DNA from: Cetorhinus maximus
Taxonomy: Eukaryota
Assembly: GCF_964194155.1 (NCBI RefSeq)
Contig: NC_135890.1
Span: forward strand, 84,010,001-84,074,000
DNA length: 64,000 bases
Reading direction: 5' to 3'
Each line of letters opens with the position of its first letter. Positions within the stretch are counted from its first letter, which is position 1. Below, one piece after another: positions 11,820-26,082 of this stretch. The position numbers and the translations under genes are program-made. The notes beneath the pieces were generated by a model that was given only the letters and a program-made list of their open reading frames with translations, did not search any database and was not told the DNA's origin.

Positions 11820-13670
11820 TTAGCAAAATGCTGCAGATGCTGGAAGTCTAAAATAAAAATAGAAAATGCAGGAAATATTCAGGTCAAGCAGCACCTGGAG
11901 AGAGAGAAAAAGTTAACATTTCGTGTTGATGGCATTTTGGCAGAACTGGAAGAAGTTGGGGATGGAACAGTTTTTAAGCAAGTATAGAAGCATGAAAACT
12001 TACGGAGAAGAGGAGGTCTGTGGGGTGGAGGACTGGAGTGATTGAATGATTAAAGGAATGATGGTGCAGGGCAACATGGAGTAACAATGGGTTAAATAAA
12101 GCAATGTGGATTAGTTTAGAGGAGTTGTAAATAGCAACAGCACAATGATTTTGGAAAAATCATTAGGAGCAGTGGTTATGATTTGAAGTTCTCAATAGAT
12201 GAGGAATAGCCTAATAGATGAGGTGCTGTTTCTTGAGCTCCTGTTGAACCTCATTGGAACAATGCAGCAGGCTGAAGACAGTGGGAGTGGTACAGTAAAT
12301 TAAAATGGCAAGTGAGCAGAAGCTCAGAGTCACACTTGACTGAACAGATGCGTTCAACAGTGACCCACCCAATCTGCATATAGTCACTGCCATTGTAGAG
12401 GAGACTGCATCAGGTAAAGTATGCTAAGTTGAAAGAAGTACTGATAAATTGGATGGAGTCTTTGGGGTCCTGGATGATGGGAATGGAGGAGGCGAAAGGA
12501 CAGGTTTTGTAGCTCCTGTGCTTGTGCAGGTAGGTGCTGGAGGAATGGAGGTGAATTTTGGGGGTGCTGGAAGAGTGGACCAGGTGTTTGGAAGGATCAA
12601 TTCCTTTTGAATACTAAAAGGGTCGGGGAAAGATATATTTAGTGGCATTGCACTGGTGGTGGCAGAAGTGGTAGAGGATGATCTGTTGAATGTGGAGGCT
12701 GCTGGGGTGGAAGATGAGGACAAGTGTAGGATATGGAGTGGACATGGTCAAATGTCTTGCCATCTGCAGTGGGCAAGAATTCTTGGTTGAGAGAAAAGGA
12801 AGACATTAGGAGAACTGGTATGGAATGTGGAATCGTCTAAACAGTTGCAGCAGAGATGGCGAAACTGAGTGAAAGGAATGGAGTCTTTTAGGAAGCAGGA
12901 TGAAAGGAAGTGTAATCCAACTAGCTGTGGGAGTTAATGGCTTATAACAGATATGGGTCTATGGCCTATCCAGAAATGGAAATGGAGATGGAGAAGTCGA
13001 GTAAGGGAAACGAGGAGTTGTAGATGCACCATGTGAAGGTGAGGGAGGAGTGGAAGTTTGAAGCTAAGTTGATTAAGTTTTCCAGTTTGAATTAAGAGCA
13101 GGAAGTGGCAACCAATGCAATCATCAGTATACAGGAAAGTGAGGTGAGGAACAGGACTTCAAAATAAATTTTGAACTTTATAGAAGCTTCCATAGAATAA
13201 AAGGCATGGCTAGGACCCATACAGGTTCCCATTGAGCATCTTTTTATTTGGAGGAAGTGTGTGGAGTCAAATAAGTTGTTTAATATAAGAGCAAGTTTCA
13301 GCAGACAGAGGAGAGTGTTAGTGGATGGGAACTGGTTGGGCCTCTGTTCAAAGAAGTGAGTGCCTGCAGACCATTCTGGTGGAGGCTGGAGATGCAGAGA
13401 GAGTGGATGCTCATGATGTAAGGGATTCAGAAAAGATTGGAGGAAGGGAGCAAAAATAATTGAGGTAGGAAAAAATAAATTCCATGGGGCAAGAACAGGC
13501 TGAAACAATGTGCCTGTGAGGGCAGTTTTGATGTTGGATCTTGAGAAGAAGGTAGAAGCAGGGCTGGGAACTATAAACTTGGAGTTTATAGTGTGGGGTG
13601 ATGGTTCTCCAGAGGAAATGAGGTCAGTGCTTGTCTGGGAAGCGATTGTTTGATGTTCAGTGGTGGGGTA
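11820..13670 (-). mobile_element. Decayed Penelope-like element (RT + GIY-YIG + terminal repeat)
   Basis: FFEQRPNQFPSTNTLL...HFLQIKRCSMGTCMGPSHA resembles the PLE RT motif; ELKKQHLIY is the endonuclease C-terminus; terminal repeat at 11820-11950. Confidence 0.82.
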
Positions 13671-14110
13671 AATCTTTTTCTGTAATTTTTTTCTATTCAA
13701 GTATTTACCCATTATCTTTGGAATGTTGCTATTGAATCTGCTTCCACCACCCGCTCTCAGTACATTCCAGATCACAACTTTGTGTAAATTTTTTAAAAAG
13801 TTTCCTCATATTACCTCTGGCTCTATTACTAATCAACTTAAATCTGTGTCGCCTGGTTACTGACCCGTCTGCAGTTAGAAACAGTTTCTCCTTGTTACTC
13901 TTTATCAAAACTATTCATGATTTTGTACACCTAGCAAATCTCTTCTTGACATTCACTGCTCTAAGGAAAATAAGCTTGGCTTCTCCATGCTCTCCGCATT
14001 ACTGGGGTCCCTCAACTCTGGTACTATTCAATAAATCTGCTCTTCATCCTTTCCAAAGTCTTGACATCCTCCCTGAAGTGTGCCTAGAATTGAATCAATG
14101 CTTCAGATTG
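13671..14110 (-). mobile_element. CR1 LINE 3' fragment
   Basis: Similar to 9340-9710 and 22700-22900. Confidence 0.75.
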
Positions 14111-14162
14111 TTGTCGTTTTCCCACCACTGTCCTTTGGCTGACTGGCAGATTTATCTATCTC

Positions 14163-15972
14163 CATAAGACATAGGAGCAGAAATTAGGCCATTCGGCCCT
14201 TTGAGTCTGCTTCGCCATTCAATCATGGCTGATAAGTTTCTCAACCCCATTCTCCCGCCTTCTCCCCGTAACCTTTGATCCCCTTACCAGTCAAGAATCT
14301 ATCTATCTCGATCTTAAATACACTCAATGTCCTGGCCTCCAGAGCCTTCTGTGGCAATGAATTCCATAGATTCACCACTCTCTAGCTAAAGAAGTTTCTC
14401 CTCATCTCTGTTCTAAAAGGTCTTCCCTTTACTCTGAGGCTGTGCCCTTGGGTCCTAGTCTCTCCTACTAATGGAAACATCTTCCCCACATCCACTCTAT
14501 CCAGGCCTTTCAGTATTCTGTAAGTTTCAATCAGATCCCCCCTCATCCTTCTAAACTCCATCGAGTATAGACCCAGAGTCCTCAAACGTTCCTCATATGT
14601 TAAGCCTTTCATTCCTGGGATCATTCTCGTGAACCTCCTTTGGACCCTCTCCAGGGTCAGCACATCCTTCCTGAGATATGGGGCCCAAAATTGCTCACAA
14701 TATTCTAAATGTGGTCTGACCAGAGCCTTTTAAAGCCGCAGCAGCACATCACTGCTTTTATATTCTGGTCCTCTCGAAATAAATGCCAACATTGCATTTG
14801 CCTTCCTAACTACCAATTCAACCTGCAAGTTAACCTTAAGAGAATCCTGGACTAGGACTCCTAAGTCCCTTTGCACTCCAGATTTCTGAATTCTCTCCAC
14901 ATTTAGAAAATAGTCTATGCCTCTATTCTTCCTACCAAAATGCATGACCTCACACTTCCCCACGTTGTATTCCATCTGCCACTTCTTTGCCCATTCTAAC
15001 GTGTCTAAATCCTTCCGCAGCCTCCCCGCCTCCTCAATACTACCTGTTCCTCCAACTATCTTTGTATCACCTGCAAACTTAGCCAGAATGCCCTCAGTTC
15101 CTTCATCTAGATCATTAATGTATAAAGTGAAAAGTTGTGATCCCAACACTGACCCTTGCAGAATTCCACTAGTCACCGGCCGCCATCCTGAGAAGGACCC
15201 CCTTATCCCCACTCTCTGCCTCCTGCCAGACAGCCAATCTTCTATCCATGCTAGTACCTTGCCTCTAACACCATGGGCTGTTATCTTACTGAGCAGCCTC
15301 CCTTGCGGCACCTTGTCAAAAGCCTTCTGGAAGTCCAAGTAGATAACATCCATTGGCTCTCCTTTGTCTACCCTACTCGTTACCTCCTCAAAGAATTCTA
15401 ACAGATTTGTCAGGCATGACCTCCCCTTGATGAAACCATGCTGACTTTGCCCTATTTTACCATGCACTTCCAAGTATTCTGAAATCTCATCCTTAATAAT
15501 GGACTCTAAAATCTTACCGACGACCGAGGTCAGGCTAATCGGCCTGTAATTTCCCGTCTTTTGCCTCACTCCCTTCTTAAACAGGGGGGTTACATTAGCA
15601 ATTTTCCAGTCCTCTGGGACCCTCCCTGACTCCGGTGATTCCTGAAAGATCACCACTAATGCCTTCACTATCTCTTCAGCTATCTCCTTCAGAACTCTGG
15701 GGTGTAATCCATCTGGTCCAGGTGATTTATCCACCTTCAGACCTTTCAGTTTTCCTAGCACCTTCTCCTTAGTAATGGCCACCATACTCACCTCTGCCCC
15801 CCGACTCTCTTGAATTTTGGGGATGTTACTCGTGTCTTCCTCCGTGAAGACTGACGCAAAGTACCTATTCAGTTCCTTCGCCATTTCTTTGTTCCCCATT
15901 ATTACTTCTCCAGCGTCATTTTACAGCGGCCCAATGTCCACTTTTGCCTCTCTCTTACCCTTTTATATATCT
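14163..15972 (-). mobile_element. Young 5'-truncated CR1 LINE; RT ORF2 nearly intact
   Basis: ORFs 14730..15899 and 14382..14663 are in the same frame, separated by a TAA; KSPGPDG, NYRPISLTS, QHGF, LDFQKAFDKV, QGSVLG and FAGD (normally FADD) motifs; intact 3' UTR. Confidence 0.95.
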
Positions 15973-16864
15973 AAAATCTCCCCTTTTTATGAACTGGAGT
16001 GTAACATTTGCAATCCTCTAAGCCTGTAGTACCACCTCTATATCCAAGGAGCAGTGAAAGATTGTGTCCAGCATCTCTGCAATTTACACCCTCATTCCCA
16101 TCAGGAACCTTGGATGTATCCAGATGACTGACTTTTATACTTTGAGGACTGCCAATAATTTGGGTACATCCTCATTATTTTTATCCTGATGATCTTTAGT
16201 CTGAATAAAATATCATTTATCCATATAATTAAAATACTGAAGGTCCCTGTCATAGAAATAAAATTCCATTACCTCACCTCATTATAAAATTCATGGAAAT
16301 TATTTGTTGCATTTTCAAATCTGGTTTAAAATACTTTGTTAAACGTGTTGGAAATTTATAGATTGGAACTCCAATATAAAGACTATGCTGGAGATGGTTC
16401 CTGTTTCAGTAATGGAGATGTTTTCTCTTTTCATGTTGCTGCACTTTTGAAGTGCAAGTTCAAACTCTATTTTTGAGTTCATAACAGGAAGCCATTTGGA
16501 CTTCAGCTGGAGTCATGTACTCTAATAGCTCAGTTTTTGAGATTCTAATAATAACACTCATCAAGGAGAGCTGATGCAAATAGCATATGTACATAAGAGA
16601 AAGTTAGATAAGAACATCAGGGAGAAATAAGTAGAAAGATATGCTGATGAGGTTAGATAAATAGGATGGGAGGAGGCTCATATAGAGCGTAGACTAGTTG
16701 ATCCAAATGGCCTGTTTCCAAGCTGAACACCCGATACAACTCTTAGAATTTTCTTTTTTTTTAAATATTTACCCAATTCCTTTTTAAATCTAGATTTTTG
16801 CCTTAACAATGCAATGTCTTCCATGCTCAAGTAACCCTTAATTAAGATTGCCATGTAATTTCAG

Positions 16865-16910
16865 ATGGTTATGGAATACTGCCTCGGATCAACTTCTGAT
16901 TTACTGGAAG
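16865..16910 (+). CDS. TAOK3: TAO kinase 3 coding exon (46 bp; MVMEYCLGSTSDLLE, hinge)
   Basis: ttcag acceptor, gtgagt donor, phase 0/1; MEYCLGS hinge motif. Confidence 0.95.
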
Positions 16911-17577
16911 GTGAGTTTCTTTCATGAAATTAACTGAAGATTTCATCAACCCTTGTGTAAACATTGAAAACTTGGACCTTAAGTACAAATTCAGATATTC
17001 AAATATAGTACATCACAACTGTCAAATTTAGTTATATTACAGCATTTATGTAAAGTATGAACGTTTTTTTCAGGATCCTACAGTTATGCCTACAAGAATA
17101 ATAAGGATATAAAGCAGGACTTTTTTAAGAATATATATATATGGGCTGGTTTCGTCCCCCATGAACCACACATGTGAGAAGTATTCAATTTCCAAACTGG
17201 TGGGTTAGCTGATGTCATTTATGCATATGGCAGGAAGAGTTTGCAATTGGCCATAATGCTGTTGGATTAAGAAAATAAAATCAGTCTGTATTCTGCTTTT
17301 GATCGTGATATGCAGCAATCTCCCTGAAAGTAGATGTCTGTCAAACCAGGTGCAATCAGGTATAGACTTGGCTCTGATGTCTTCACCAGTCTCATAGCAC
17401 GCCAACACTGATATAGACCCTCATGGAAAAAAGAATAACCATTTGAGTGAAGAGGCTGAGAATGACCTTGCACTAAAGAAGTAGGTACTCTCAGGAGGGA
17501 AGAAAATTGGAGGAATTAAATCTCTCAAGTTTGTTGTGCATTTTCCTCTAATGCCTTGTGAAAAATCTTCTTCCTTT

Positions 17578-17735
17578 GAAGGTTAGCTGTGGCTCAGTGA
17601 TAGCACTGTTTCTGATTCAGGAGGTTGTGACTTGAACTCCCCATTCAGTGACTTGGCCTCAAAATCTGTTCTCTGTGGTGAATGTAAAAGATCTGATGAC
17701 ACTATTTTGGAGATTAATAGGAGAGTTCTCCCATT
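17578..17735 (+). mobile_element. tRNA-derived Deu-type SINE fragment
   Basis: tgtggctcagtg head plus gtgaatgtaaaagatc core shared with 34900. Confidence 0.55.
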
Positions 17736-18649
17736 ACCTTACAGTCATGTTTCCCCTCATTCTGTAGATTGAATGTATTTTAAATTTAAACTGCTTTTTA
17801 AAACTTATCCTGGATAAAATTTAATGGCCCAGATTTTTCTGTCAGCACAAATGAATGTCATTTGCTGTATGTTATGCTTGCAGCTGTCCTCAGACTTTTT
17901 GTTAGATCTTTCTCTGAAACAGTGTGATGACTTCTACAGAGTCCCTGAGACCAATGTGAACAGGACAAGCAGCAGCATGTCCCTTCAGCCAATAAGATCA
18001 AAGAACCTTAGTGAGACACAGTCCAAATCTAAAAGCCAAAGTTACAATATTTAATTCAATGTAAAATCATGTGCAAAAATGAGGGAGAGAAAGATAAGAT
18101 TGAGAGATAAAGAAACAACAAAAAATTAAAAATGGTTTTAATTTGTAGTCTTTAAAATCCCCACCCATAATTAAAAACTGAAAGTATGAGACTCTGTGTA
18201 ATTTTCAGTGCCAGGAAGGCTATAATTAAGACTCTTCATGCCATTAAAAATGCACTTATCCTTGAATGGCCATGCCATAACATTAGAATGTTTATTGGGT
18301 ATCTAGTGAGTAGTAATTGCAACTTCACAACCTTCACATGCTTGAATGCTGAATCTCTCGGTAAGCTACTGTATTTGCGAAGCTTGTGGAGGAGCATGGC
18401 AAATTGAACAGCGATATCCTGATTTCCATATTTCACTTACATGCCACAAATTGCTGTTCAATTTGCTCTTGAATAACAGTGAGCACTGATGACTTTCCCA
18501 TTATGGTTGCCACAAAATCTGTCATTTTTAATTGTGCGCGCTTGCGGAATGTATAATGGAAATAAAATATTAAGTAAATAAAAGAATTTGAGAGTCCATA
18601 TAATAAGTCATCTATAAAAAGCATTATTTAAAAAAAACTAATGAGTTGC

Positions 18650-19180
18650 TGGAATTCATTGCTGGAATGTTAGTCAAACATTATTTGGAACAGTCAGTTT
18701 TGAATGCCCTATCTTGGAAAGAAATATACTGGTCTTGAAGTCCAGCAACAATTCACTAGACAAATACTGGGGAAGCGGAGACTAAGCCATGATATAAGAT
18801 TGCAAGCTCTGGCTATGTTCCCTGAAGAGGAATGACCTGATTGAGTTCTTCAAAACCATGAAGAAACTTGACAAGTTAGATGAGGACAGCTCTTCCTCTA
18901 ATAGCACAAGTTAGAACAAGGATGCATTCAAATTAAACCAGAATGTGAATCCAGCTAAAATACTAGCTTACACATAAAGTAATGGAAACATAGGCATAGC
19001 TGCAGAAGAACATAAATGCGGGGTTAGTTGAAATGTTTGAGAGTGAGAGGTGCGTACTTCGGAAGGAAAAGTTTTAAGGGGTATGGAGGAAGGATGGGAA
19101 ATTAGAATTAAAAGTATTCAAGGCTGTCAAATTGTTGAAGTAGTCTCAGACTGAATTGCCTACTCTTGTTTCTGTATAAT
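18650..19180 (+). mobile_element. Very old CR1 3' end
   Basis: Degenerate RT C-terminus and 3' tail (ctgaattgcctactcttgtttctgtataattctt). Confidence 0.55.
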
Positions 19181-19940
19181 TCTTGTTCCTTCTTTCCACC
19201 TCCTAAATTAAAATGTTAACTTCCCCTTTCTTTAGGACCCATTTGCAGCAACCAAGTGGGTGGTTGGAGATTGGTGCAAAGCTTGTCTGTGCAACAGGTT
19301 TTCAGAAAGCGGACAAGCAGTTTCTATAGATTGTTTTATATATTTTGAAACTTCTTTCTCACCAACTTATGGGTGACTGCCTCCCCTGCTATGGCTAAGA
19401 AGAACCTGTGCTAATGAATCTGTGTTTTGCTACATGATGCAACATATTGGTGCATATATTCAAATGTTCAAAATTTGAGTTTGTGTGGTAAAATGTTTTA
19501 GATCCCCTTTCACTTCTATTATATATGCTGTACTGACCAAAAAGTGCTTGATGCTGACATTCATTGCCTGAAGTATTTTCCAATTCATAGTAGTTGCTTC
19601 ACCATGAGTTCAAGTTTCACTGGAAAAAATAAAAGCATAAATTTAAGTTAGATTATTAAGTTTAAATTTTATTATTGAGATATGCCAGCGTGACTTTTTT
19701 TTGCAATCCTTTCACTTTGCTTTAAGTAAAATTAGCATAGAAGGGAACTTAAAACAATTTTGTTTAAGTTGTTATTGTATTACAATATTGCCCATTTCAT
19801 GCATATTTTTAATGCTTTGAATGCTTTAAAAATGGTTTCATTTGATGCTCTGTTCCTTTTGGAATTTTGTGACTGGCTTTCTTTCCAGGATTTTGACACA
19901 TGCAAGGAAAGTGTGGTGCAGATGTCTGTTGAAATTCTGA

Positions 19941-20066
<126 letters not shown>

Positions 20067-21509
20067 TGAGATAATACAACAATAAACTAAACTAATTTTG
20101 CTTGATTGTCTTTTGAAAGAGAGTTCTTAAATTTCCTGTCCGTTGTGGTACATGAGAAATGTCAGAAACTAGGTAACTGTTTGACATGTCAAAACCCGAG
20201 CTGTTACTAGTACATTAACTCACATATTATGGCAATGCATTATGTTTTGAATAACTCCAGCATTTTTAGAATTTTACTTTGTTTGTGGATTATTCCAAAC
20301 ACTTGTCACAGTGAAGGCTTTTTCACTGAAATCTGTTTACTTCACTAATTTCCATTTATATCCTCTAATCCTATTTGCTTGATTTATTTTTGAGTAATTT
20401 ATCTTTGCAGTAATATTTTCTGTACAGCTACTTAAATGAGGTGCCTTTTAACTTGGTGCCAACTAGATCTAAAGGCACAAACTTCTTGATCTTTACTAGT
20501 AGATTAATCCCATTGCATTTATCAGGTTGCTTCCTGTCTTCTAATGCATGAACATATTTCTTGTGATATGACAAAAACTGGAGAGAGCATTGTTGAGAGC
20601 ATTGTTTATCAGACCAGACTAGATTTAGACTTGATTAGCAAAAGTGAAAGGAGAGCTGTAATTCATTATTCCAGACATTCACACCTAATTCCAGGAATAA
20701 GTGAATTTCAGGAAATAATATGAATACCACTTTGTGACTGGTTATTGCAGTTCTGTCTCTTATTGACTTTCAAATAAGATTTCACTCAAATTTGCTATAT
20801 AAACCAGACTTGCCCTTAAGACAAACATTTTGGTTAGGCTTCTTACTGCTACTGAGACCTACTGACCAGATCCCTGGTCAGTGCTGCATTAACTGACCCC
20901 ATTTGGGACAGTGATAGTGTTGCTACAATTAGTTTGGTGCTGCTGAAATTAGTATGGATAAGACAAATAGTTTCCTCTCCTGATAATTATCCAGTGACCC
21001 TGGAAAGTGTACACATCTATGTTGGTAATTTGGGAAAAGCACAATTGCACTGAATAATCTTGGGTTCATTTGACAGTGTTTCAACTTACCAGTGGAATAA
21101 TATATTGCTCATTGCATGCATAAGACGCCTTTCCATATAAAACAACCTGTCAATTAATTTAACTGAGTTTCATTGTAATTTGGGACGTAATGTGTATTTT
21201 ACTTTCTGTTGCACTTGAAATAAAATAAATATTTAACATTTGAAGGCAGAACGTCCAACTTCCTGAGTGACTTTACAAATCATATTTCTTTAAAAAAACA
21301 CAACTCTAAGTTATGAATTACAGCTTGAAGGGCTACTAGACTATTGCCTTAACTAGTATTTCCTTAACAGCAATTAAAACTTCTTGCTTTAAAGTGGGAA
21401 TGCCCAAGTTGTAGCCTGAGAGTTTGCATGCAATTCCCAGGACCATGCAGTTTGGTTCTTAGGATTCAGACAACTTGGTTCTATATGTGCCTTTATGTTT
21501 TTATTTGCC

Positions 21510-21990
21510 AACAACAAATACTTTTATTTATATATCACCTTTTAACATATTAAAACACTCTGCTATACAGCAGTATTAGCAGCCTAAATATTAAAACATT
21601 CTGCTATACAGCAGTGTTAGCAGACTAAATTTGATACAAGTCACTAAAGTAGATATTAGGACAGGGAGCACGTAGGTTTTAAGGAGCATCATAAAGGAAG
21701 AAAGGGTTGGGGGGAGAAGTTTAGGGAGGGAATTCCAAAAGAAATTGGGTCTGAACTAGGGTAGAATTGGAGAAATACGGAGTTCTTTGTTGTAGGGCTG
21801 AGCAGAGATTTGAACATAAAGGAGAATTTTAATTTTGACATCTTTCTGGAGCGGGAGATAATGAAGGTCAGCACGCACAGGGATGATGGGTACATGAGAC
21901 TTGGTGCAAGTCAAGATATGGGCCACAAAGCTTTATATGAGCTGAAGTTTATGGAAGTTGGAAGACTGGCCCGGAAGGCCCTTGTTTAGT
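21510..21990 (-). mobile_element. L2-clade LINE 3' end with internal 40-bp tandem duplication
   Basis: atttatatatcacctttttaac-like tail; gtttagggagggaattcca; atattaaaacactctgctatacagcagtattagcagcctaa repeated at about 21547-21630. Confidence 0.7.
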
Positions 21991-22576
21991 CGAGCATTAT
22001 GCCTTATTGGTGGATAAATCATAAAGCATAATACCAAGACCTGTTAGCACAAACTATCTGAAATATATGGACATTAGTGATGAAGTTGCACTCTGTGGCT
22101 TTTGAAGACAAAAAACACAATATTTTTGATATGCTCGAGTTCTTTTTCACCTTGTTTATAAGATGTGGACTTGCCCTCCTTCCACATGACAGTACAACCC
22201 AAAACCTGCTGGCCCCATACCCATTTTTTCTCGCTGCTGTGTCTTCCATCTCTTTTTGAGAAGCCTTTACTTGTCTGATCTTGGCTTTAGCTCAAACTTA
22301 TCATGGTCACTTCTAAAAAAAAAGTAGATAATGACGAGTGCCTGGGTTAAAGGAATTAGATGTCCAATGTGCTGATTAAAAATCCCAGAGTACAATATAT
22401 CTTTGATTTATTCAGCCACTCTACACGAGGAGCTCCAATAATGCTCTGTTGCAGTGTCCCTATTGTTTTAAAATTGCATATTTTCCAATAGCTTGAACAA
22501 TGTTGCTATGAAATCTGGTTGTATAATTGCACATTGTAACTATTAGATAGAAGCCAGTTGTACCAGTGGGCTTAGT

Positions 22577-23368
22577 CATAGAATCACACAATTTTAAGTG
22601 CACAGATGGAGGCCATTCGGCCCATCGTGTCCGTACCAACTCTCCAAATGAGCATTATGATCCAGTGCCATTGCCCTGCCTTTTCCCTGTTTCTTTTCTT
22701 TTCAAATAATCATCTAATGCCCTCTTGAATGCCTTGATTGAACCTACCTCCACCACACTTCCAGGCAGTGCATTCCAGATCTAAACCACTCGTCGTGTGA
22801 AGAAGTTTTTTCTTATGTCACATTTGCTTCTTTTGCAAATCACTTTAAGTCTGTGCCCTCTCGTTCTTAATCCTTTTAAGAGCGGTACAGCTTTTCCCTG
22901 TCTACTCTGTCCAGCCCCCTCACACTTGTCTGCATTGAACTTCATCTGCCCTCTCCGCCAACTTGTCGATGTCCTCGTGAAGTTCCATACCATCCTCCTC
23001 GCAGTTCACAACACTCCCAAGCTTCGTATCATCCGCAAACTTTGAAAGTGTCCCCTGCACACCAAGATCTAGATCATTAATACATATCAGGAAAAACAAG
23101 GGTCACAATACCGACCCCTGGGGAGCTCCGCTACAAACCTTCCTCCAGCCCAAAAAATATCCATTGATCATTACTCTCTGCTTCCTATTTTTCAGCCAAT
23201 TTTGTATCCACGTTGCTACTGTCTCTTTTATTCCATGAGCAATAACTTTTCTCTCAAGCCTGTTGTGTGGCACTGTATCAGATGCCTTTTGAAAGTCCAC
23301 GTATACCACATCAACAGCATTACCCTCATCGACCTATTCTGTAACCTCTTCAAAAAACTCAATCAAGA
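22577..23368 (-). mobile_element. CR1 LINE fragment with internal deletion
   Basis: VYVDFQKASDTVPH...GAPQGSVL, MKFNADKCE fused to RTRGHRLKV, then 3' UTR. Confidence 0.88.
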
Positions 23369-24319
23369 AGCTCAGTAAAATTCTGGATTTCTCTCTCACC
23401 TCTTATTATCAAAGTCAGAAATTCTTGGAGTAAAAGAATTAAAATTTACCTTTTCTAGAATTTCCATTCCTGCTGCCATTGCTGAAATTGAAGGCAGTGC
23501 AATGGATGAACATTGTATATCATGGTGTCTGTTTTCTATAAATTTTACAGTTGCCACCCTGTACATTTTAATTTCATTGAAGTCGATAAAGATTTTATTT
23601 TATTTTTCTCTTCTCCGTTTTATTCCCTCTGACTTTGCTGAAGGCACTCATTCATGGCGGAGTTGTGGTCCTTTGGGTAAAAGTTCTGGTACCTTGTCCC
23701 CGGTACCATCCATAATCTGTTATCTGGGCAATGAGTGTTAGCAAACTGTTACATCACAGATGTTTTGCAGCCGGACCCAATCATTTGGTATATCCATCAA
23801 GAATCATTGACAGCGAACAGGAAAAGTGATTTTTCCCCTTTAACCCACTTACCTGTTCCCTGTCTAGTCTAAAGGTAATCGCTGCAGCTGAGAAATTAGG
23901 AATCAGAAGCAGGAGCCCTGAGAACTCAGAGCAATAGATTTAAATTACATGGTGGAAAGTTTATTTTATTTGAGTGAGTTTGAGAGAGAAATCAGAGCTT
24001 GAAGTTCCAAAGCAGAGCTTTAGTTTAATGCCCAGCTTTTTGTGTGGGCAGTAGCTTTGAATATACACCTAGCTAGCCTAATCTGTTTTAAACTTGTAAT
24101 TGTCCTTGTTCTTTCCTCCCATCTTAATTAAAAATGATCTATGTTTTGTAATTTATATTTTGTAGTTTTAAATAAATAGTTTTAAAAAATCAATTGACGA
24201 AGTGTTTGTCAAATTCATGGAATCTGCTTCCAAGTTCAAAAAATTCTGGTTTGTGATTCTAGATTTTGAACACGTTTTTGGCATCTCACAGTATCGTGAG
24301 ATTTTTTTGAGATTGTGAG

Positions 24320-24720
24320 AACCTGCATTATATACATTTTTCATGCTGAAAGGATGGCCGAAAAGTGTTTTACAGTCGTTGAAGTAGTTCTGAAGTGTAG
24401 TCTCATGTGGACAACTTAATCAGCCAGTCTGCAGATAATAGGGTTCCACAAACATAAATGAGATAAATGACCAGATAATCTGATTCTGTAGTGTTAGTTG
24501 ATGACCTAGTTTTGATCAAATATACTGAGAGAATATCTTTGCTTTGCTTCAGATAGTGCCATGGGATCGTTGAGAGGACAGATGGATTCTTGGTTTTTCA
24601 TCTCATCTGAAAAACATCATTCTCTTGGCACTGAACTAAAATGTCAGCCTGGACTATGTGCTTAAATCTCTGGACCGGGGCTTAAACTTGAACCTGAGAT
24701 TTTCTGACTCAAGCCAAGGC
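24320..24720 (-). mobile_element. Deu-domain SINE (SacSINE1-like), decayed
   Basis: Reverse-complement similarity to 34800-35168. Confidence 0.6.
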
Positions 24721-24739
24721 TGGCGAAATTAAAAGTTAA

Positions 24740-24907
<168 letters not shown>

Positions 24908-25440
24908 TAAGTGAAATTTAAAAAACATTTAAATAAGAAGTTGCCTCCTTTAAGAGAAATATCAGCAATGCCTTGGGCCCTTGGCCCAGCCACGGTACAC
25001 ATTCCGCATTCTTGTATTGTAACTCCAGAAAAACATGACTGTTTGTATTGTAGGAGTTATTAGAAATTGGACGTTCAGGCTGTCCTAATAACCCTACAGA
25101 TAAGGAAGGTCCTAGGTTGAATCACAATTCTGTGTAAATTAAGTTGATCTTAAGTAAAGTGATAGTGGGGAATTGTACAATTGAAAGGAGCAACCTGGTA
25201 TACTTAATTTTTGTTGGTTGCTTTAACTGCATTTAGTAATGGAGAAAGGTTTGTCATGACAATCCTGACGTGATTTTCCTGTCAAGTTATTTTGGGTAAC
25301 ACATTGCCTTAATTGCCTGACTTAACTCGTGGATTTGTGAAATAGTATGGTAGTCATTTAGTCAGTATTTAGCTCTGAGATTTTGTCAACTGTACCAGTA
25401 AATGTATTTGAGAATACAGAATTATTTTTTTTTTAACTAA

Positions 25441-25743
<303 letters not shown>

Positions 25744-26082
25744 TAAAATTGTTCAGCATCTTTGGGTAATGTTCCTACATAATTATCAGATCATCCAGCA
25801 TTTTTTCTCTCCTGTCTATTAGACAGCTAGTGTTGACGGCACTGCATTGTTACAATATGTCCTGTGGATCCATCTCCAGATTTCTACCTGAATGAAATAT
25901 GTCTCATTTTTCTTTCATTCTGGAACACCCAGCACTTCTTGAATTGCACTGCTATAAGGATCAGTCTTGATTCTACATATTGATGAATTTATCATAGACT
26001 AATTGGAAAGATGCTGATATTTTTAATTAACACACTATCATAACTAAATTTTATCTGCTGGCATTTGGTTTTGAATGCTGAC

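Noticed and set aside
11060-11950. Functional hammerheads in the repeats at about 11060-11100 and 11910-11950
   Set aside because: Stem II and helix I are broken in the first; the CUGANGA core is lost in the second.
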